A DNA stretch of 64,000 nucleotides from the human T2T-CHM13v2.0 reference genome, Homo sapiens. This document shows positions 29,745 through 44,949 of the stretch, piece after piece. Within the stretch, counting starts at the first letter, position 1. Each line of letters starts with the position of its first letter. The translations under genes were made by a program, and so were the position numbers. The stretch lies in NCBI RefSeq assembly GCF_009914755.1, contig NC_060927.1; one strand, written 5' to 3'. The notes beneath the pieces were generated by a model. That model searched no databases, was not told where the DNA came from, and saw nothing but the letters and a program-made list of their open reading frames with translations.

Positions 29745-30113
29745 TGATATGGTTTGGCTGTGTTCCCACTGAAATCTCATCTTGAATTGTAGTTCCCATA
29801 ATCCCCACATGTAGTGGGAAAGACTTAGTGGGAGGTAACTGAATCATGGTGGCTGTTCCCTCATGCTATTCTTGTGATAGTAAGTTCTCACAAGACCTCA
29901 TGTTTTAAGGGACTTGACCTTTCACTTGGCTCTCATTCTTCTCCTTCCTGCCATCACGTGAAAAAGGACATGTTTGCTTTCCCTTCTACCATGACTATAA
30001 GTTTCCTGAGGCCTCTCCAGCCATGCTGAACTGTGAGTCAATTAAAACTCTTTCCTTTATAAATTGTCCAGTCTCGGGTATGTCTATTAGCAGCATGAAA
30101 ATGGACTAATACA
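29745..30113 (+). mobile_element. THE1 (THE1B/C-like) MaLR solo LTR, complete
   Basis: tgatatggtttggctgtg...ggactaataca; perfect 5-bp TSD aaccc at 29740-29744 and 30114-30118. Confidence 0.96.
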
Positions 30114-30521
30114 AACCCTTACTATGCACTGAATTCTGGGGCAAGTACCCAAGATATTACAGCAAACAATACCCACCAATCTGCTTCTATGGCAGAACTG
30201 GGCCACATGCCCAGAAGGCAAGTAAGAATTACTCTGCAACCAACTGATCACCATAGTAACTGAGCATCAGGTAGAAAGAGTGCTGGGATTGATTAGCAGA
30301 GTCTGTGATTTGGATTGGACATAGAAATGATATAGTCCATTCCATGTATGCTCAATGAACACTGCACAGGTGAACAGATAAGGCTGTGACCTCCTCTGAG
30401 GCAAGCTCCCTGGTTATTCCATCTCCATATACCTCAAGACTCCTAACACAGTTCTTTGCACATAACAGACATTCATTTTGCAGGACAGATACCAAGATGA
30501 ATTGCTTCAGTTTGTTTTTAA

Positions 30522-30917
<396 letters not shown>

Positions 30918-31734
30918 TCTTCTTTCTCTTTCTAAAAGCACATCAATTTACATTTCTACATCTGCTTCCTACAAAGAATTTCCTCTGAATGAATTCAACA
31001 AGTGTCCTGTACATGTAAATATATGTATGAATCTTTTGTACCTATCCATGTCAAAGGGTTTTTGAAGCCAAACTGAAAACTTTCCTAGACTACATGTTGA
31101 TGTTCTGAATATCCACATTTCGAGGCTCTTAACAAAGCTGTATCAAACTCCTTTTCTTCTGAGTAATATATTATGTACGTAAAGTCCTAGGAGATGCCCT
31201 AAGTCTACTATAAGTGAATTTACTTTTTGTTTTCTGCTTTGCTTCATTCATCCTGCTTTGCTTTTTTTCTCATCCCAAATATAAACATCTGTTTTGTTAT
31301 CAAGTTAAAGTTAAGGAGATATAAAACCCTCTCAGATTAATGTACAGCCCATTATTGAATTCTGGATCTTAGTGATATCCAATATATTATCATGAATTTT
31401 ATAGAATATACTGAACTTTTAATTCTTATCTGATTTATCTTCTTAATGATGCTTAGATTTCCATTCAAAAATCCTGTCTCTTCTCACCCTTTCCACACTG
31501 TATCTGTTTTTGTGCCCTTTTCTAGAGTTTTACATTTCTCTTTAGGATTATCTCTCTCTTTCTCTCGCTCACCTGCATACACACACCACACACTCGATGT
31601 CCAAATTCACAGTCTAAGCATTTTGGTGATATGCCATTCCTCTTCTACCTTTGTTAGAAGTTCCTCTTTCCCATGGAATCAATTCTACCGGAAAAAAGTG
31701 AAAAGGAACCTTAGAGAGCAATCATTAAAGGTGC

Positions 31735-32125
31735 AAAGGGAAAGGTCCCCATGTCTGGGAGTGTCTCTAACCAGCTGTGTGATACATGCCATGTAATATC
31801 TGGCTTTGGTTTTCTCATCTCTAAAACTGGAGGGTAAAACAAGACTATGTCTTGAAACCTTTCTAATTCTGAAATGTTCACTATTATCAGTTAACATTTA
31901 TTGTGCTTTTCTGCATGGCAGGCCTCAGGCTAACGGCTGGCTATAACTAGCACTATCCATGCTCACAACAACTCCATAAGGAAGGTGCCACGGTTATCCT
32001 CATTATGTCACTGAGAAAACTGAGGTTCTGAGAGGTAAAGTCATTTCACACCTGATGGGATATGGATGTAAGACTGGAACTCAGACGGCATGACTCTCAG
32101 GTTACAGATTCTGCATCACATGCTC
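31735..32125. mobile_element. Two adjacent MIR-family fragments in opposite orientation
   Basis: ttttctcatctctaaaactggaggg (+) and gagaaaactgaggttctgagaggtaaagtca (-). Confidence 0.65.
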
Positions 32126-32319
32126 ATATCAACTGATCTGTATTTTTATACAACTTCAAAAATGAAAACACTGGGCATTTGACCTATAAATAATGAAATC
32201 ATATACAAAAATAAAGAAACACCCACATTGTTGAAAAATTATTTCCTTTCCAAAAATTACTTGAAAGGGCATCAGTAAGCCCTGGCATATTTGTTCAAAA
32301 TACAGTCTTACTGAATAGG

Positions 32320-32323
32320 GGTG

Positions 32324-32375
<52 letters not shown>

Positions 32376-32863
32376 CACATATATATGTGTGTGTGTGTGT
32401 ATACACATATATATGTGTGTATGTGTGTATAGGTGTGTACATACATACACATACATGTGTATACATGTATATAGACACGTATACATGTATATACACACAT
32501 ACACACATATATACACATATATGTATACATACATATATGTGTATATATATACATATGTGACAATAAACCAGTAGAAAGGTATATATATACACATATATAC
32601 ACATATATACATATGTGTATATATACACATATATACATATGTGTATATATACACATATATACATATGTGTATATATACACATATATACATATGTGTATAT
32701 ATACACATATATACATATGTGTATATATACACATATATACACATATATACATATGTGTATATATACACATATATACACATATATACATATGTGTATATAT
32801 ACACACATATACATACATACACATGTATGTATGTATACACATATATACACATATATACACACA
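32320..32863. repeat. (TG)n/(TA)n/(CA)n complex tract with a 26-bp palindromic minisatellite
   Basis: Unit atatacatatgtgtatatatacacat; unique spacer at ~32559-32578. Confidence 0.95.
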
Positions 32864-32869
32864 AACCCA

Positions 32870-33177
32870 CAGTCATCCCTTGGATTGGTTTCAAGACCCC
32901 TGCATATACAAAAATTAGCAGTTGCTCAATTCCCTGATATGTAATGGTATAGTATTTGCATATAACCTTCACACCTCCTCCCATTAACTTTAAATCATCT
33001 CTAGATTACTTATAATACCTAACACAATGTAATGCTATATAGTTATTCTAACGTATTGTTTTTATTTGCATTATTTTTATTGTTGTATTACTTTTTATGG
33101 TTTTTTTCCCAAATATTCTTGATCCACAGTGGATGAAATTCACACACGCAGAGCCCATGGATACAGAGGTCCAACTC
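32870..33177 (+). mobile_element. MER2/MER2B (TcMar-Tigger) MITE
   Basis: cagtcatccct...gattggtttcaagacccc...taaatcatctctagattacttataatacctaa...cccatggatacagaggtccaact. Confidence 0.9.
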
Positions 33178-33429
33178 CATTTTTAACCAATACTCATATT
33201 CGCACAGATTCATATAATCTCACACTTTCAAGTAACGTAAGCACTATATGATCCCATTATATTATCAGCTTGTCAAGAAAACTGCCTATGCTCTGTGTCC
33301 TTTATAAAACAATGTTCCTACCTAATAAGGGCAGCTACAGCCTTTCCCCCCAGTTCTCCCTGCTATAAGGTGGCACCCACAGATATGTCTCCTTCTCTTT
33401 TGCCTAAGAAGGCCCTTTTGATTTCTCTT

Positions 33430-34150
33430 TCAATCCTGTCCCCAAGCCTGAACTCATCAGTATCCCCTACTGCTGCCAGTCTAGGAGAGACTCCAATCAT
33501 CTTCCCCTACTGCTGAGACAGCAGCCTTCTACCTGGTAGCCTCTGCCCTCCTCAGTCCATTCTCCACACTGCTTGCTTTCCTATCTCTTCTCAAAGCCAA
33601 TCACATAGGTCCCTTCCTCACTTAAAACCCCTTTATGACTCCTCATTGCATCAGAAATAAAATCTGAACTCCCTTCCACTGTTTCAGAGGCCCACTCTCA
33701 AGCTCTCCACATCTATAAAGTGCCAACTAGTCTTTGCCAGTTGTCAAACAGACTGAGCTTAGCTTTCTCTCAACCCAGAACCTTTACATACCCTGGCTCC
33801 TTGATTTGGAGTGCTCTCTCTCCATCTGCCTTCTACAGTCGGACCTTCACATCTTTCAGGCTGAGACAGAACCCTCCTCCAGAGAGCTTTCCATGTCCCC
33901 CTTATTTAGTCTGACCCAAGCCCATTATTCTCTCTTCACTCTTCATTTGTTTCCTTCATAATAATTCTGATTGATCATTGTGTTATCCATCTCCACGTGT
34001 GTGTGTGAACTATATTCTCTCACTATCACACAAGCCTCCAGAGGATGGAAAGCAGCTGGCCTTGCTGATAGATACATCCCATGCATTTAACTCAGAGCTT
34101 GGCTCAGGTTAGATGGTCACTAGTTATGTATTTGTTAAACGAATGAACAT
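33430..34150 (+). mobile_element. L2 fragment
   Basis: cagtccattctccacactgc...cttaaaacccctttatgactcctcattgc...ttgttaaacgaatgaa. Confidence 0.7.
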
Positions 34151-37100
34151 ATGACCTCAGATCTTTTTGCCTTAAGAGAAAGAAAAGTAAACCATTTGAA
34201 AAGGGGGGAAAAATTATAAGGCTAGCAAAAGTTAATGGTATTGGCAAACATTACTACAGGCCCTTGATAGATGTTAAAAGAATGGAGAAAGCCCTTTAAC
34301 ATATTTAATATATCATCCCTAGTTGGAAGATACTTTTAGAATTGTGCCTATGCCCAAAAGTTAATAAATGGGTGAGGATATTCTGTGTGACTAAGAGGGG
34401 CTAATGAATTGATAAGTATTTCTGTGAGATTTACTGGATGGTTGAAAAATCTCTGTACATTTTCCCCTGATTGTCTCTACCTTTCTGCTGGCTTATTGTC
34501 ATGCTGATTTTTATGGATCTACATTCAACAGCTAAGGTAAATAAGGTAAAATGCCAGAGAATAATCCACCATAATATAGTAGAAAACTTTTTTAAAATCA
34601 AAATTCCTGTTGCTAAACCCACCATCTAACACCTTTTATCACATTTGAGTGATCTTTAAAAGAACATCACACTTAAATTCGCTTTTGAGTTAGATTACTG
34701 AAGACAAATGACATACTGAAATAGCATCTAAAAGCGTTAATATACAAACATCTACCCAATACAGATTTAAATATAGCAGTGACTGTACACCTACCGAAAC
34801 ATGAAAGACTACCAGGAGACAGGGATTTAATGTGGATTGATACTAAAAAGCTAATGGAAATCCGGTGGTCTTTATGATTGAGATGGAACATCTTTCACGG
34901 CTCTTAAAACCTTAGGCTGGACAGTGAAGACATGGGCTGGTGCTGATGAAGGAGGGCTATACCCCAAGCCTGGGAATCTGGAAATCTGATGTGTTCGGCC
35001 AGAGAAACTCCAAAGTTCTCCGTGTTTCTGCCTTTCTCTACCCCCACAAACTTCAATTCTTCCCTTGCTAATAAAATACTGGAAACTGAGTAATAAAAGG
35101 CAAATTTCATTTCAATCCTTTGGGCTCAAAGCCAGCTCCCTGCCAAAACTTCTCCTGCCTGGAGGGGTAGAGCAGGGAATGAGTTGGGGCAAGCACAGAT
35201 GTCCTGCTTCTACTCTAGAGGGAGAGATCTGCAAAGGGTATGGCTCAGCATCTTGTCTACCAGCTAATGTGATTCATAAATAAATCACACAGGGAGAAGT
35301 GTGGGAGGCCCCTGTGGTTCAATTCTTTATCTCTTTTTCTCTTCCCCAGTGTGGAAGATTGTCCTGAGAGTGTGGGGACCAGGGGGCAGAGTCACCTACA
35401 TGGTCTGCTGTACAGCAGCTCTGGCAGCTTAGCACAACCCATTCACATACTGGGCAGAGCCCTTCCAATGTTAACCTCTGCCAGAGCTCCTCCTGACTTT
35501 TTTTTTTTTAATCCTAAAAGAGGAAGCATTTCAAATGACCTAAATCTAAAAATAGAGTACTTCATGCTCATGACTATTTTAAATAGCATCTAAAATAAAG
35601 AATTAAAAAAAAAAACATGTTTCCATTTTTGTGACAGTTTCCCCTTCCCTTGAAAAAAAGAAAATACTGTAGAGCTTGTCATTCAATCTAAAATCAGACT
35701 TCGTGCCAGCTGGAATCCTAGGTTTATTTATTACTGTGCACAGTTCTTACATTAACTGTTTGTTAAAGACTGATTTTACCACCACTGAGACACAATGTAA
35801 GTGAAGGTCTTTCCATGTTTTACCAAAAAGAGTGATTCAAGCATGACCCGTCCAGGAGAAATGATATTAAAGAAAAGGGACAGAAGTACTACTCAGTCAC
35901 TGATCCAACTATATTTCTGGAGAAATCAAGTTTAAACATAAGTAATTGCCTAATGGAGTTGGGCCAAGGTGGAGATAGGAAAATATCCATGACACTTCCA
36001 GTATTTGCAAAACAGGTTCAAAAATAAAATTGCAACATTTTATGGTCTGTAACATACTTAGTCACTTAGTCGCAGAGACATCTGGAAAAAGATAATCCAA
36101 TGGGGCAGGTTTTTATTCTCTACTTTAGAAAATTGTTCACATTTATTCCCTATCATAGTTTCAAGTAGAATGGTTATAATTCATCCAATAAGCTTTTTTA
36201 AAAAGCAGGGAATCACAGTTTCTGGGCGTGGGGCCCACAGGCCTTTACAAAACTTCATAGGTTTATACCTACATAGGTCATAGATTGTGAATGACACACA
36301 ACATGATGACTATGTTCATGAACACACATGCTCATATACATATATACATGCAGTCAAGCTCAACCTAGATTCACAAATCTTACAAGGTTTTACTTCCACA
36401 ATAATGGGCTCCTGTTCAGTCTCTCTTGCCAGCCAATCCTCCAAGAGAGACACCGACAAATGTAGACACGTAAACATGCTCCTCCAAACATGGAATAGCT
36501 ATCACTTATTTCAAGTCATCAAACGTATGAGTCAGCTGTATCTTGATACAATTAGTTGAGGTTCTCTTTCAATGTACTCCTTAGACACTCTGTGGTGTCA
36601 AGCTGTGGTACTATGGCTCTTTCACTAGCTCATTACCACCTCCAGCAGAGTCTGCCTTGGTATAGCCTCAGAGGCACAGAGCAAGCACTCAATAAATATG
36701 GAGTAGAGGAAAGAGAAAGGTGGACAGGAAAAAAGGGGGGAGGGAGGAAAGGAGATGAAAAAGGATAGAAGAGAAAGGGAAGCCAGTGAGGGAGTGAATA
36801 TCTAGCTGAGAATGGAGGAGGAATCTCAAATAAAAAGGGCAAAGTCAGAGGACACTCAGAAAAACAGAAGTGGATGGACAACAGTGCCACAGGAACTCAA
36901 AGGTGCAATGTTTTCAAAAGATAGATAGATTCCAAAGATGGCACCCACTGATGAAGCTTTTCTATTACCAGGGTCACATACAAACAAATCAATTCGGCAC
37001 CCAGGGCTGAGGTGGTACAGCGTCACGTCCTTAAAATGCCTTCAGGGACCAGGCAAATAGCATAAATATAAGATTATAGGCGAGAAAATGCTTAAGTTTC

Positions 37101-37664
37101 AAGCACAGCATCTGTTTCAAGCAGAAAAACTGTGCAGATCAAACAGCTCAGCCCAGACTCTATCCCTACACCCTGGAGCTAACAAATCAATTTGATTCAA
37201 ATATTTGTGGAATACCTACAATGGGGTTTTAATCACAAAACTTTACTTGAACAGCTGCAACCTCTAGCCTCTCCAGGCTTCTTTCCTCATCATGGGGAGA
37301 AAAACACAAACATTTCAACATTTGTTGAGAGGAGAAGAGGTTCTACATGAAGTAACCCGACTGACTTATTTGTACTGAGAAAGGAAAAGCAACTAACCCT
37401 GACCTACCAGAACTTCTCACCTCGGGCAGTGGCAGTGAGCAGAGGTCTCAGCAGCAGGAGCCTGCACAACCCCAAAGGACATAGCAGAGACTCCAATACC
37501 ATGTCTGAAGCAACTTCTTTGAAATCAAAATGCTGATCTTCTCACATGCTGATTACAGACACTTCCATTATCAAACAGAAGAATTTGGGGCAAAATGGAT
37601 TCTTAATGGTGTCTGTTTCCTACATTTTCTTATCAGTAGAGTGGCTCAAAATCTAAATCCACCT

Positions 37665-37915
37665 AAACTGTCCATCATCGCCCCCTCCCCACCAACAATG
37701 CTCTCATTTTATCCTGTATGTGTTTTTATAAAACGTCTCACCATCTGTAACAATATATGTATTTGAGTAATTGCTGGTTTACTGTCCATTGCCTCCACTA
37801 AACTGTAAACTCCATGAGGTCAAGTACAGAGTCTAGACTTGCTCATGACTAAATCACCTGCATCTGGCACATAGTCAGCATGGGATATATATTTATCTGT
37901 TGGCCCAACAAATAT
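37665..37915 (+). mobile_element. L2 3' end
   Basis: ctccactaaactgtaaactccatgaggtcaag...tctggcacatagt. Confidence 0.75.
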
Positions 37916-40409
37916 GACTCTTGCTGCTATCTGATTTTACACAAGCACACCTCCACTGGCACAACACAAGGAGAGGAGAAGAGGGAGGCATCTGGAGAGC
38001 TCAATGTCAAGGTTACTTCCCAGCTGCCATTCCTTGTGTTTCCTGAATGCAAGTGTAACTAGTAACTGTACTAACAGAGCCAAGGGCTATATATTCTTCT
38101 TCATCCCATAAACAGAAAAATAAACAGTTCTGTGGAACTGTGCAAACCCAACTTAAATTTCAGATTCCAGACCCATTATCTGGCACCCTTTGCTCAGAAA
38201 TACTTTACTACCACTAGAAGACAATCTAACCCCTGGTCTCACATACCACATAATGCTGAAATTCTTCCCCATTCTGTCTCAAACCTGCCCACAACTCCGT
38301 TTCATGAGGGCTGAGCCACTATCCAATTTCTATCCTTATAGGGGTTCGGTTTTAGACTATGCTCACAAATCCCAAATTCCCAGTGAGTTCAGGAATGATG
38401 CTTCCTTACCTTACCTTACATAGGACCTTGAAGATTTCTATTACCCGCAGATGTAACATGCAGTTGTTAAGACCGCACATTGCATCAGCCCACGAAATGA
38501 GTTGGGGGCTATCCAGCCTGGCCCCTCTCACGAGGCCATGTACCTTGTGGGGGAGCTGTGTCTCCACAAAAGGAGTATCTTTTTCTATTTTATACAAACA
38601 TGCCCTATGGATTAGTAACAGTCTGATACTAGAAAAAAGGAAGCTCAAAACTTCACAGGACATGGCAAATAAAACCCAGTGACCTGATAAGAGGTACAAT
38701 ATCTCCTTGGTTTAATATTTCACCTCTTCTAATTAGAATAAAATATTCACTAGGAAAAATTTTTATGATAGTGTCCTTTTGGCATTAGCATGAATACCTC
38801 CAAGGAGCCGTATTATTCAAACAATTTTCTATTTCAAAATACACAGGTAGTAAGAACTAACAAATCATTACATTTCCACCAAATGCACGGAAACAACAAA
38901 CTTAACTAAGAAAATACTGAAGCAGCTTTTCCCAACGGTACCTCGCCTCCCTAGAGCGGAATGGTTTTCTTTTAAGGAATCCCTATTGATGCCAGAACCA
39001 CCTTGGAAGAATAATTAATGACATTTTGAAAACTGAACTTCCTTCTCACTGCCTTTCATAATGCAAAGTGAAGGGGAGGCGGGGTGAGAGTCCCCCAGGA
39101 ACACACAATGCATTTTTACAAGAGCTTCTAAAGCCCCTCAGTGAGACAGAAACACACTTTCTCATTTAAGCAAAACTTTAGAAAACTAACAATTAAAATG
39201 TGAGTTAAACTGAGGAAACATCTTACATCTGTGATTCTCCCTCCAGAATAATATGACTAGGTAGCTAGCTGCCAGACACTCTTGTTTCAGCAATCATGTG
39301 ACTATGTGATGAGGGCTGGCTTCATGATTCAGGTGGAACTGATCAGGGCACTGACACTGATGGAGACAAAGCTTGTCAGGCATGATGTCCTTGTAGGCAA
39401 CAATACCTGAAACTCTGTTAGGAAATCTGAGGTCTTTGGATAGAAGGAAGGAAATAAGCCAAAGGCTAGAGTCACACAGTCAGTATCACTTCAGACAAGT
39501 CAGCACTGGATCAACCTCTTCACCTGTAAAATGAGGGTAAGAATATCCACTCAGTAAGTATATGATAAAAAGAAAGTGACAACACAAAGTGTAAATGAAT
39601 ATTTAAGCAACATCTACACATGAGAGACCCTAAATGAATATCCGTTGAAATAAAAGCAATGGTTACATGCTTCTCATATCCTGTGGCCCACTGACCTCAT
39701 TAGTCATTATCTTGACCAGCTCCACTTGCACAGCATTATGAATTACATGTGTGCAGGGCTATTCAATTGTCTAGTTTGATGTTCTTAACCTTGTGAGGCA
39801 GTAAATATCCATTTTAAAGATGAGAAGACTGAAGTTTACTTCACAATCTTAGTGGCTCCAATCGAAGATCGTCCACTGTAAAATTCAGTTATCTGCCTCA
39901 TGATTTCACGGCTTATGGCTCTATGGAAGTTCTATTCTTAACATGACGCAAAGGAAGTCAGAAGTTGCAAAACTCTGAGTTAGATAATTAAGCCATGAAA
40001 AGTGATTGATGCTAAGCATCTGTACACAACATGTGAACCAAGGGAATGAGTGACTAGAACCCAAAGAGAGTTTGGAGTTATTTGGCTGTGACTGAGAAAT
40101 GATGGGCTAGGAATCCAGGTAACAACAACAACAAAAGTAAATACACATTGTCTCTCCTCTTTGAGAAGATGAAAGAAAACATCTTTTTCAGTTCAATGAT
40201 GCTTCCTGTAGACAGAAATTTTCTCATTGAATGGACAAAACTAGCAAGTGCACAAGTTAATAATAACCTTTTACCCAAGGTTCCATAGCAAGTTCCACAT
40301 GCTATGCTATCATCTAGGCTCCCTGCCTGCCTCTTCTCATTGCATCCTCATGACAACCTCATAAGTTGTCATGCTATCTCCAAGTTTTGGATAGAGACTG
40401 AGTCTCAGT

Positions 40410-41022
40410 AGAGGTAAGTCTGTTTTTCAGGCAGGGTTGAGCTTTTCGAAGTACAGAGAGAACTGGGGAATGGGGTGCTTCAAAGTCACTGAAAGAGCTG
40501 AAGCTGTGGGCTCTAGAAAGACATCCAGGATGACCACGAGGAGTACCACTACTTCTGCCACCATCAGAAAGGCAGAGACTCAGGAAGTCACCAACAGAAT
40601 CATTATTAGAAATAGACTGTCTGAATTATGAACATGGATCAGAAAGCTGCTGTCACCAACACAGCCTTTGACTTTATAGGAAAGCCACACTAGCAACAAA
40701 ATAAACGCTCTATCCACTGCTTCTCAGTGGCCCTTCACTGAGTGGCCAGGTACTGAAAGATGAGTGCCCAAAAGCCCGATGTCTCCTCCAATGTTCTAGC
40801 CAGCAAAGATCACAGAGAATACAGAAAGTTGGCTTCAGTCTCAATTCTGTCTTCCAAAACTCAAACAAGTGCATCTAACTGGCAAACAAGGAATCAGATC
40901 CAGGGCCTTAGCTGTAAAGCATCTGGAAATGTAATGTTTGACCTTCCCGCCTTTCAGTACAGGAAGGCACGTGATGAGGAGGCTAGCAAGGTTCCTGAGA
41001 GCTCAATCACTGTGTCTACTTC
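40410..41022 (-). mobile_element. LTR33/LTR41-like ERVL LTR
   Basis: agtgcatctaactggc...ccagggccttagctgtaaagcatctggaaatgtaatgttt. Confidence 0.6.
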
Positions 41023-41602
41023 ATCAGATTTGCCATCCCATAGCTGATTCCTAATTAAAGGGAGTGAGAACCAAAAAGGGGGCAAAGCCAAGTATATGAG
41101 TAAATGCACAGAAACATGACAGACTAATTTAACCAGAGAACTAAAAAGGGTTTAGCACCACTAAGTGAAGAGTGCATTTGGAAACAAGGTGGAGGATATA
41201 GCTGGAGAGGCATGAAAAGGCCAGATGATGAAAAGTCTATCACCCCAGCTTAGAAGCTTTCTCAGCCTAAGCTAGATATCCCTTCTGAACTTCTTAGAAG
41301 CCTTGCACAATCCTCAGCTACTCATTGATCACACAGAATTGTAACCATTCATGTTCTTGCCTGCTTTACTGTTCCCCCTGACTATGAGGGTGGGAGGTCA
41401 AGGGAAAGGAGGGGCTATTCCACTTTGTATTTCTAGAACATAGCACAGTGCCTGGCCCATAAACGAAAGCTCCAGAAATACGTGTTGTATGGAATTACGT
41501 CCCGAGGTTCCTTCCACTATCAATCATCTACTTAAAAAGGAGAAAATGCTCTCTTTACCTTAAGTACCTTTCATTATTAAAAAAAAAAAAATGGTTAACT
41601 GT

Positions 41603-41892
41603 GGCCACGCAATGGCTCTCACCTGTAATCTTAGCACTTTGGGAGGCCAAGGTGGGTGGATCATGAGGTCAGGAGTTCACGACCAGCCTGGCCAAGATGG
41701 TGAAACCCTGTCTCTACTAAAAATACAAAAATTAGCCGGGCATGGTGACACATGCCTATAATCCCAGCTACTCAGGAGGCTGAGGCAGAGAATTGCTTAA
41801 ACCTGAGAGACAGAGTTTGCAGTGAGCAGAGATCGTACCACTGCACAACAGCCTGGGCAACATAGTGAGATTCCATCTCGAAAAAAAAAAAA
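41603..41892 (+). mobile_element. AluSg-like
   Basis: ggatcatgaggtcaggagttcacgaccagcctggccaagatgg; TSD tggttaaYtgt. Confidence 0.96.
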
Positions 41893-41989
41893 TTGGTTAA
41901 TTGTAGATTACAGATTGATAATTGTAAGAATATATTCCTATAGACATATTTTTGTACATTTATGTACAGTAGTAGACAAATGTTGTTTC

Positions 41990-42777
<788 letters not shown>

Positions 42778-43884
42778 TAAGTTTACCATACATAAACTAT
42801 TAGTTGAAGAAATGGCAATGACTAAATAGCAGAAGAATGAAACTCAGCTTTGGGGGACATCAATCTGTCAGTCATCTACTGTGCAGCCATTTCGAGGGGG
42901 GATAACTGGAAGAGATGAGGCTATCACCTGGACATTCTTAAGAGAATTAAAACATAATAAGCCCTCTCCCTGTCTAAATGCACAGATAATTGATTAACAG
43001 AAAATGATCATTACTAAAATGGCTTCAGAGTTTTTCAGGGTTGTGGGAATTACAATTGTTCTGAAAGAAAACTGATTACTTACAGTTTCCTCCTAAGATT
43101 GTAGTTGTGCAGTAATGATATTGAGACAGCATGATGCCCATTAAAAAAAAAAAAAAAACACTGAAGACTTTACAAATAACTGAGCCAAATGAGATATTGA
43201 AAAATCAAAGCGAGAAAGTCCCATCACTAAAAGTATACAAATACATGAGAATCAGCCAGTAAAACAGGAAGTCACTCTCATCTAAAATGGCCTTTGCTTG
43301 TCATCAAACTCATATAGAATTCCTAAAATCTGTCAGTGTAGTAGCTTCTAAGTGATATGTCAACAAATATATTCACTGAGAATACTTATTCTGCCTAGAG
43401 CCAATGTTTTTAGAAAAACATCCTAAAGAGTCAACTGTTAAATCACTAAAATGAATGTTTTGAGCAGGTGTTTGGAATTGTGCTGATTTATCCATATTTT
43501 CCAGTTTAATTTCCACGTTTACCAACAAACTTCAGCAAGAAAACATAAAATGTACCTGGAAGGATTATGTTCATCATAAATACAAGGACAGTTGCGCTAA
43601 ACATATCTGTACTGGTAACAGTGATTCATAAACCATATTCATTAACCTAAATCCTTAAAGTTTTCTGTTTAAACTGTAGTGATTGGAACGCCAAGTGTCA
43701 GAGTTTAAAATGGTATTTTTAAGCTATTAGCAGTTGACATTTTAATTAGGCATATTTATGACAGACATGGGGGGATAAAAAAGAAGGTAAGCAAGGAATA
43801 AAAGGTGAATCAAGGACACAAGAAAAGAGAAAAGAATTACCATCCATTCCTGTTATCCTTTTCTTTTAGCATATCAATAGGAAA

Positions 43885-44135
43885 GCAGTATAACTAACTG
43901 GTCAAGAATGTAAGATCTAAAGCCAGCCTTTATCAGCTCAAATCATGACTCTGATATTTACCAGCTGTGAGACCCTGAACAAGTTACATAAACTGCATCT
44001 GTTTCCACAGGGATAATGCCAGCACGTAGCTCATAAGGTTGCTGTGGGAACTGAATTGGGTACTGCTCAAAAAATATGTTGCACAGGGCCCAAGAGGAAA
44101 GAAGTATTCAATAAATGCTAACTACTACTATATTA
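43885..44135 (+). mobile_element. MIR, near full length
   Basis: tttaccagctgtgagaccctgaacaagttac...tattcaataaatgctaacta. Confidence 0.8.
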
Positions 44136-44241
44136 TTTGTAACCTTACTTACCGGGTCAAGGGCTAATAGTGGTAGTAAATTGTTGCTTAAAATTTTATT
44201 TATATATTTCTTCTTGAACCAGAAAAGATGCCAGGCTATTT

Positions 44242-44579
44242 ATTTTTTTAATTTTTTGTTGTTGTTATTGTTTTACAAAGGGTTTCTCAGTCTGTTGTCC
44301 AGGCTGCAGTGCAGCAGCACGATCATGGCTCACTATAGCCTCAAACTCCTGGGTTCACAGAGTGATCCTCCTGCCTCAGCCACCCAAGTAGCTGGGACTA
44401 TAGGTGCACACCACTATGCCCGGCTAACATTTTTGCGTTTCTTTTTTTTTTTCTTTTTTTTTTAAGAGATGGGATTTCACTATGTTGCCCAGGCTGGTCT
44501 CAAACTCCTGGCCTCAAATGATCCTCCTAGATCAGCCACTCAAGTCACTAGGATCACAGGCTCAGCCACTGTGCCCAGC
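44242..44579 (-). mobile_element. AluJ
   Basis: gatcatggctcactatagcctcaaactcctggg antisense; diverged TSD atgcMagRcWattt. Confidence 0.93.
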
Positions 44580-44949
44580 ATGCAAGACAATTTAAGAGGC
44601 ATACAAAAGACAAAAATATAACTCAACTTAAGAACAGATTAAGAATTAACAAGATAAGAATATTTAAGAATAGGTTAAGTAAACAAATGTCATAGACAAA
44701 ACTAGAGTCAGGAACAAGACAAAGGATAAGAATCACTTAGATATGGCTGCTCTAAGCAGCTACTAGTTTGTCTTCAGCTTTCTGGCATCCAACACAAGAA
44801 AGAAAACTGGGTCTGCGGCACAATTTTCAATATTCGTGAGATTAAAATATACTAAATGCCCAGAAAGAGAGAGTATAGTGATTTTGTTAGAGGCCGAGAA
44901 CATAAGGAACTAAGGCCATGCAGCAAATCTTCAGAGGGGCACATCATAG

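Noticed and set aside
32579-32863. Regularly spaced palindromic repeats superficially like a CRISPR array
   Set aside because: No unique spacers, no cas genes, primate context; a simple-sequence minisatellite
32156-32984. Longest ORFs in the track (up to 234 aa, rich in Y/I/C/V/H/T)
   Set aside because: Artefacts of the stop-free TA/TG/CA repeat, open in multiple frames on both strands
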